Positions 7,684 to 12,111 of a DNA stretch of 12,111 bases are shown here, piece after piece. The notes beneath the pieces were generated by a model. It worked only from the letters and a program-made list of their open reading frames with translations. It was not told the origin of the DNA and did not search any database. A program made the translations under genes and the position numbers. The stretch is from Candidatus Xenobia bacterium. GTDB taxonomy: Bacteria > Vulcanimicrobiota > Xenobia > Xenobiales > QWHO01. Where the stretch lies: the NCBI GenBank assembly GCA_045863235.1, contig BTUM01000138.1, forward strand, positions 1 through 12,111, read 5' to 3'. Every line of letters begins with the position of its first letter. Positions within the stretch are counted from its first letter, which is position 1.

Positions 7684-8196
7684 ATGAGCCGGAGGATGTT
7701 CATCTGGGGGGTGGTGCTGTTCTCGTCGGGCCTGGCCATCTCGGCCAACTTTGGTTACGCGCGCGGCTACCTGGGCGTCATCGGTCTGATGTTGCTCATC
7801 GGATTCTGGCCCGAGGCTTTCCATCACGGTTACGGATGGGGCTGCTACGCTCCGGTCCTGGGGTTGCTTCTGGTTTCACAGTCGCTGGTGCCCCGGTTCC
7901 TGGAGGTCAGGGCGGAGGGGAAGGCCCGGATCTGTCAGGAGAATCTGGTGACTCTGGCTGACGCCCTTCGAGCGCAGGCCGCCAAACATGAGGGACGGTA
8001 TCCCCTCAAGCTCGAGCAACTGGTTCCTCATCCCCTGGAGAAGTTGCCGGTCTGTCCCCTGGAAGGTCCGGGCTACCAAGAGCTCTCGGTCATGACCGAG
8101 CATGGCTTCGTCCTGTGCTGCTCCGGAGAGCGGCACCGGCTGCCCGAGCTGGAGCGATTTCCGGTGGTGATGAGCAGGTTCCGCCCCTCGCCGTAG
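7684..8196 (+). CDS. Membrane-anchored pilin/pseudopilin (GspG-like) head-domain protein (170 aa)
   Basis: C-terminal part of track ORF 7366..8196, starting at ATG 7684. About 3 N-terminal hydrophobic segments, then LVPRFLEVRAEGKARICQENLVTLADAL...GRYPLKLEQLVP...KLPVCP...VLCCSGERH, the alpha1-C helix, YP and CP pattern of type IV pilin-like heads. Confidence 0.7.
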   Translation: MSRRMFIWGVVLFSSGLAISANFGYARGYLGVIGLMLLIGFWPEAFHHGYGWGCYAPVLGLLLVSQSLVPRFLEVRAEGKARICQENLVTLADALRAQAAKHEGRYPLKLEQLVPHPLEKLPVCPLEGPGYQELSVMTEHGFVLCCSGERHRLPELERFPVVMSRFRPSP

Positions 8197-8234
8197 CGCT
8201 CGAGGAACTTGAGCCGGGCACGGCCACGTGAGCA

Positions 8235-9158
8235 ATGAACAAACTCGAGAAGTTGATTGTCAAAGGTCTGGAGGCGCTCGAGAGCAGGGACTACCCGGTA
8301 GCAGCCCGAGCTGGACGGGAGTTGATCGAGCTCCGCCACAGCTATGGATTCGAGATCCTGGCCCGGTGTCACAGCGACCAGGGGCAGACCGACGAGGCAC
8401 TTCGGGTGCTGGATGAAGGTCTGCTCAGGGTTCCGGGCCACTGGCGACTCCTCGAGTTGAAAGCGACCGCCCTGTCGGACGGCGAGCGCTGGGAGGAAGC
8501 ATTGCCATTCTATCGGGCCGCTCTCGAGGCTGACAACGCTCGCCCCGAGAGCGTGAGATACAACCTCGGTCTTACCCTCCAGAGGATGGGACGCGCGGAA
8601 GAGGCCATCGAGCAATTCCGCCAGGCCGAGGAGGTCAGCGAGGCCTGCTCCGACCTGTGGGTGCTCATCAGGACCAGACAGATCGAAGCGGTTGCTCCGG
8701 CCGAGGCGCTGGCGCTGGCGGAGCGCACCGTGGCGGAGATGGAGTCCTCGGGGATGCTGGAGGGTCTGGGCCGGGTCAAGCGGAGTCTGGGCGGTGCCCT
8801 GGTGTCCATGGGGCAGCGCGAGAAGGCTCTGGAGCTGGCGCACAAAATGCTAAACCTCTGGGACGAGGATGCCTTCTGGATCCTCCGCGAGGCAGAAGAT
8901 CGACGTAGCGACAAGACCAGCTCCTATCGGGCCCTGTTTGAGGGGGTCTTCTACGACGGGCGGCCCTTCTATCGGACCTACAAGCTGGTGGCCGAGTCGC
9001 CGGACGACCTCCTGGAGGTGGCCCGTTCGGTCGAAAATCACGAATTGCGCGACAGCCTCAGGCTGGTGGAGATCCTCGAAGCGACCGAGACCGCGACCGG
9101 GCCCGGGTTGCCGCTCGGGGTGTACTGGCGCTCACCGTACTTCACCTCGAGCGCGTGA
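8235..9158 (+). CDS. Tetratricopeptide repeat protein (307 aa)
   Basis: TPR-pattern helices (LARCHSDQGQTDEALRVLDEGL, KATALSDGERWEEALPFYRAALEAD, YNLGLTLQRMGRAEEAIEQFRQA) plus a small C-terminal alpha/beta domain. Confidence 0.85.
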   Translation: MNKLEKLIVKGLEALESRDYPVAARAGRELIELRHSYGFEILARCHSDQGQTDEALRVLDEGLLRVPGHWRLLELKATALSDGERWEEALPFYRAALEADNARPESVRYNLGLTLQRMGRAEEAIEQFRQAEEVSEACSDLWVLIRTRQIEAVAPAEALALAERTVAEMESSGMLEGLGRVKRSLGGALVSMGQREKALELAHKMLNLWDEDAFWILREAEDRRSDKTSSYRALFEGVFYDGRPFYRTYKLVAESPDDLLEVARSVENHELRDSLRLVEILEATETATGPGLPLGVYWRSPYFTSSA

Positions 9159-9231
9159 CCTTGAGCCAAGCGGGACCACGAAGGGCCCCACCTTCGCGTG
9201 TCCCGAAGCTGTCCCAATGCGCACTTGAGCG

Positions 9232-10557
9232 TCAGCGCTCTCGCAGCGGTTGCTCGAGGAGCTCGGCCAGCGCCTTCTCCTGCTCGGCCAGGGTCTCGCC
9301 CTCCAGCACGATGCGCCAGCCGCGCTCGGTCTGTTGCACCGATTTCTGCAGCGCATAAGGGGTCAGAAGGCCGCGCTCGGAGGGCTTGATGAGGAAGATG
9401 ACCGCTCCCTCGAAGGACTGGTAGCGCTCCAGGGTCTCGGGAGAAGAGAGGGGGGTGGCGGCATGGATGGCGCGCATGGGGCCGAGCGCGGCCACGCGCT
9501 GCTGAAAGCCCCCTCGCTGGATCTCGTCGCTGTTGGCGATCAGCAGCACCCGCCGCAAGACCACGATGGGGTCGCGACCTGCTTCGGGGAAGGTGGCCGT
9601 GAACGCGGCCGTGGCCCGGGCTGCGAAGGCCTCGTCCAGGGGCTTGCGCTGCTCGAGATAGGGGAGCAAGAGCGGCAAGAGAGCCCTGGCAAAGCCGTCG
9701 ATGACGGGGTCGTTGTACCACTGTTCGGGGCCCGCCTGGCCGAACCAGCCGTTGCCCAGGGCGGTGGCCAGCCCCTCATTGAGCTGATCGTAGACGTCGC
9801 CAGGAAAGGCATTGCGAAGGGAGACTGCGGTCTGGGCCGAGCGATTGCTCCAGAGCGCGTGGCAGAGCTCGTGCACGATCACGCCGGCCGAGCCGAGCAC
9901 CGGCGCGCCCTGGGGGGCCTCCACCACCGACAGATAGCCGTCCGAGTGGCCAAAGGCCTCGATGCGCTCGCCCTCCTTGCGAGGAATGGGGGTGAGCGCC
10001 ACCACGAAGGCGTCCTCCTCTGGCCACTGGCTCTGGTAGAGGACGGCGATGGTGGCCAGGCACTCGGCAGCCCGCCGCTCGGCCAGTACCTGGCGCAGCT
10101 CGCTCAGCTGCTGCTCGAGACCGGCCGAGCAGGGCTCAAAGATCAGCCTCTCATAGAGCGGGGCGTAATGGCGCATGGCGTCAGCGAGGCGGGCGTGGTG
10201 CTCGGTGCTCAGCAGGGGGCGGGTCCTGCTCAGGAAGTCTTCCACGTCCCGGGCCTGCAGGCTGATCCCTTCCAGGACGTCCGACAGAGTGCGCTGTTTC
10301 TCGCCATCGCCTGGAAGGCGAAGCGTGTTCCAGGCTTCGTCTTGCAGCAGCCGCGCAAAGTCTTCGAGCAGGGCCTGGTCCTCTTTCGTGGGAGGCCTCA
10401 GCTCGCGGAAGACCCGGGCCAGTTGCCTGCTGTGGTGGGCCTCACCGCGCAGCGATTCGAGCAGGTAGAGGGTGCCGTGCACCGGGGTGGCCTCCACCCG
10501 GATCTCCCAGGCCCGGACGGGATGCATGAGCAGGACCAGGAGCAGACACCAGCGCAT
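9232..10557 (-). CDS. Secreted gluzincin-type zinc metallopeptidase-like protein (441 aa)
   Basis: Sec signal-like MRWCLLLVLLMHPVRA. HELCH (HExxH) at 9859-9873, followed after 27 residues by the Glu of NEGLATALG (third-ligand motif). Confidence 0.8.
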   Translation of the reverse strand: MRWCLLLVLLMHPVRAWEIRVEATPVHGTLYLLESLRGEAHHSRQLARVFRELRPPTKEDQALLEDFARLLQDEAWNTLRLPGDGEKQRTLSDVLEGISLQARDVEDFLSRTRPLLSTEHHARLADAMRHYAPLYERLIFEPCSAGLEQQLSELRQVLAERRAAECLATIAVLYQSQWPEEDAFVVALTPIPRKEGERIEAFGHSDGYLSVVEAPQGAPVLGSAGVIVHELCHALWSNRSAQTAVSLRNAFPGDVYDQLNEGLATALGNGWFGQAGPEQWYNDPVIDGFARALLPLLLPYLEQRKPLDEAFAARATAAFTATFPEAGRDPIVVLRRVLLIANSDEIQRGGFQQRVAALGPMRAIHAATPLSSPETLERYQSFEGAVIFLIKPSERGLLTPYALQKSVQQTERGWRIVLEGETLAEQEKALAELLEQPLRER

Positions 10558-10680
10558 GGGGGGCGGCTTCGCCGCCAGGTTGGGGATTCACTGCCCTGCC
10601 GACTGCGAGCTGGCCTTGCGAACCCGAAGTTGTGATCCCTCCTACCGGGATCCGGTTTCGAGCACGCCTGCCCGAGGAGT

Positions 10681-11079
10681 TCAACCTCGTCCCGTGGTGG
10701 CCCGGGCTCGTGCTTTCGGCGGTATCGTCTCTTGGTTCGATTTGACCTGGATCTGGAAGTGGCCCTTGCGGCTGAACAGGTCGAGCACGACGGCCAAGTA
10801 GAGCCAGCCCTCTGCCGTCCAGATATGAGTCAGGTCACCAACCCCGGCCTGGGCTCGAAAGCGCTTTCCGAATCTGAACCGGCGGTATCGTCTCTTTGTT
10901 CGATCTGACCTGGAACCCGGCTTTGGAAGTGGCCGTCAACCCGGCCTGGGCTCGAATGTGCTTTCGGAATTTGAACCGGCGGTATCGTCTCTTTGTTCGA
11001 TCCGCCCTGAGCCCGGCTCTAGAAGTGGCCGTCAACCCGGCCTGGGCTCGGAAGTGCTTTCGGAATTTGAACCGGCGGT
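10681..11079. repeat. Intergenic tandem array of structured 96-97 bp units (one degenerate, two full, one partial copy)
   Basis: Unit approx. CAACCCGGCCTGGGCTCGAATGTGCTTTCGGAATTTGAACCGGCGGTATCGTCTCTTTGTTCGATCTGACCTGGAACCCGGCTTTGGAAGTGGCCGT, starting at 10839, 10937 and 11033 (partial, to 11079). A deleted copy lies at about 10681-10764. The anchor GGCGGT is at 10718, 10881, 10978 and 11074. Confidence 0.92.
10765..10842 (-). pseudogene. Fragment of IS3-family transposase (rve/DDE core, first catalytic Asp region)
   Basis: The minus strand translates to [26 protein letters not shown], matching the IS3 OrfB consensus WxxDITYIxTxEGWLYLAxVxDLFSRK. Similarity stops abruptly on both sides where repeat units begin. 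No terminal inverted repeats. Confidence 0.88.
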
Positions 11080-11127
11080 GTGGCCGCGGGACGCTCCTGT
11101 CGAAAGCCGCTTTCTCAGCCGAGGCAT

Positions 11128-11760
11128 TTACCCCGGTTTGCGCACCTTGACCCGCACGCCGCCCAGCGTGACCGAGGCTTCCTCCACGGCGATCTGGACC
11201 GAGGGAGCCTGACTCAGGCGAGCCAGTCCGTCCCGGCGCACCGTCTCCAGGTCGGCTCGGGCCGTGTCGACTGCCTGCTTGAGAGGCCTGAGAGCCTCCT
11301 GGAGCTGGTTGCGCTCGGTGCGCAGAGCCTTGACCGCGGCGTGGTCGACCTGGAGCGGCAGAGCGACGTGGCGCATCAGCTTGAGATAGCCGAGCCACAG
11401 GCCGATACCCAGTAAGGCTCCCCCTCCGCCGCTCAGGCCCAGGTGGGGAGCGGCCAGAATGCCGCCGAGTGCGCCGGCGCAGAAGGTCAGGGGAGACAGG
11501 CGAACGTGGATCTGGCGCTTTTCGTTCCAAAGGCTGGAGCGCATCTGGTCCATGTTGGTGAAGGAGGTGCGCTTGAGGAAGGGCATGCCGAGCAGGCGCT
11601 CGGTGTCCTGGAGTCGAGCCTGATACGAGTCGTGCTGCGACTCGACGCGCTGCAGCCGGGCCTCGGCCTCGGTCAACTCGGGGCTGATGGCCTGGCCTTT
11701 GAACAGCACGTCACCGACGCTGGTGGCCGCCACGGGGAGAATGGTCATCGCGGTCAGCAT
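11128..11760 (-). CDS. Hypothetical protein with coiled coil, Gly-rich hydrophobic hairpin and second coiled coil (210 aa)
   Basis: C-terminal part of track ORF 11128..11943. AGGAG lies 8 nt upstream of ATG 11760 (alternative ATG at 11748). Hydrophobic segment LTFCAGALGGILAAPHLGLSGGGGALLGIGLWLGYL sits between heptad-rich helices. Confidence 0.8.
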   Translation of the reverse strand: MLTAMTILPVAATSVGDVLFKGQAISPELTEAEARLQRVESQHDSYQARLQDTERLLGMPFLKRTSFTNMDQMRSSLWNEKRQIHVRLSPLTFCAGALGGILAAPHLGLSGGGGALLGIGLWLGYLKLMRHVALPLQVDHAAVKALRTERNQLQEALRPLKQAVDTARADLETVRRDGLARLSQAPSVQIAVEEASVTLGGVRVKVRKPG

Positions 11761-11788
11761 ACCTCTTGCTCCTGAAGGAAATCTGACA

Positions 11789-11880
11789 GGGTGTTGCTGA
11801 CTACTGGGCAACACCCCGGGGTATGCACGCGTCCTGGCTCCCAGACTGGCATCCCAGGCAGACCTGACAACGCGTCGGGG
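11789..11880. other. Structured non-coding element (hairpin plus nested stem-loop), function unknown
   Basis: Perfect 9 bp stem GGGTGTTGC/GCAACACCC (11789-11816). Nested stems CCCCG/CGGGG (11814-18 with 11876-80), ACGCGT/ACGCGT (11827-32 with 11870-75) and CCTGG/CCAGG (11833-37 with 11854-58). Confidence 0.5.
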
Positions 11881-11897
11881 GCTACACAATAGATACT

Positions 11898-12111
11898 CAA
11901 TAGATTGCGGTGGGGGTCTTGTTGGGTGCAGACGCTTGATCAAACTGACGCGAGCTGGTGCAAAGGCGCGTGGAGACCATTGAAGACTCTTTCGGGAGGT
12001 TGTTCACGAGGGCACCCGTCTTGGTCACTCCGACGCGCTGGTTGTGGGTCAGGTCCCCGGGCCTGCGCCGGCAAGTCGGGTGCGCATGCGCGCCCCACTC
12101 GGTGGCGCAAC
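11898..12111 (+). mobile_element. Possible left non-coding end of an IS110-family element (bridge-RNA-like structured region), truncated by the window end
   Basis: No convincing ORF. Stems GGGTGC/GCACCC (11924-29 with 12012-17), ACGCG/CGCGT (11948-52 with 11967-71), CTCT-TTCG-GGAG (11987-98) and GGGTGCGC/GCGCGCCC (12078-95). The motif order ATAGATTG...AAACTGACGCG...GCGTGGAGA...GTTGTTCACGAGGGCA resembles IS110 leaders as I recall them. No transposase in the window. Confidence 0.4.

Noticed and set aside
9250..10635. 461 aa + strand ORF; likewise 6252..7748 (-), 8073..8843 (-) and 751..1404 (+)
   Set aside because: Antisense shadows of better-supported genes.
10681..11079. CRISPR array
   Set aside because: Units are ~97 bp and abut without unique spacers, apart from the single IS3-derived insert. 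No cas genes in the window.
10839..11079. Integron attC sites
   Set aside because: No paired RYYYAAC...GTTRRRY cores bracket the units, and no cassette ORFs lie between them.
10835..11530. ORF with repeated [18 protein letters not shown], plus + strand ORFs 10896..11150 and 10958..11212
   Set aside because: These are translations of the DNA repeat. The 97 bp period breaks the frame, and the rest overlaps the real 11128-11760 gene.
11789..11816. Intrinsic terminator
   Set aside because: Strong stem, but no adjacent U-tract on either strand, and it lies upstream of a gene start.
11800..11870. HDV-like or hammerhead ribozyme (CTGGGCAACA, CTGACAA)
   Set aside because: Only short word matches. 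I could not build the HDV nested double pseudoknot or the CUGANGA/GAAA hammerhead core.
11761..11943. N-terminal extension of the 271 aa ORF
   Set aside because: It runs through structured non-coding DNA, and a good Shine-Dalgarno supports the start at 11760.

Overview
GC-rich bacterial window, gene-dense from 165 to 10557. A tightly overlapping five-gene minus-strand operon runs glcD, glcF (no glcE), a hypothetical gene, a small partner gene and a nucleotidyltransferase; the last two look like a toxin-antitoxin-type pair. Around it lie envelope or secreted-protein genes: a TolB-like propeller, a prepilin-like membrane protein, a toxin-like protein with an acidic neighbour, a membrane-anchored pilin-head protein, a TPR protein, a gluzincin peptidase and a coiled-coil/hydrophobic-hairpin protein. 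The most unusual signals are non-coding. (1) A structured 96-97 bp tandem repeat array at 10681-11079 has a 74 bp piece of IS3-family transposase catalytic core ([26 protein letters not shown], minus strand, absent from the ORF track) between two units, like a captured spacer. (2) A structured region at the right edge (11789-12111) partly resembles the non-coding left end of an IS110-family element. (3) A palindrome-rich 63 bp-period repeat sits at the left edge. Protein style suggests Ca. Eremiobacterota (Vulcanimicrobiota), which is a weak inference from recalled patterns. No database searches or folding computations were run.
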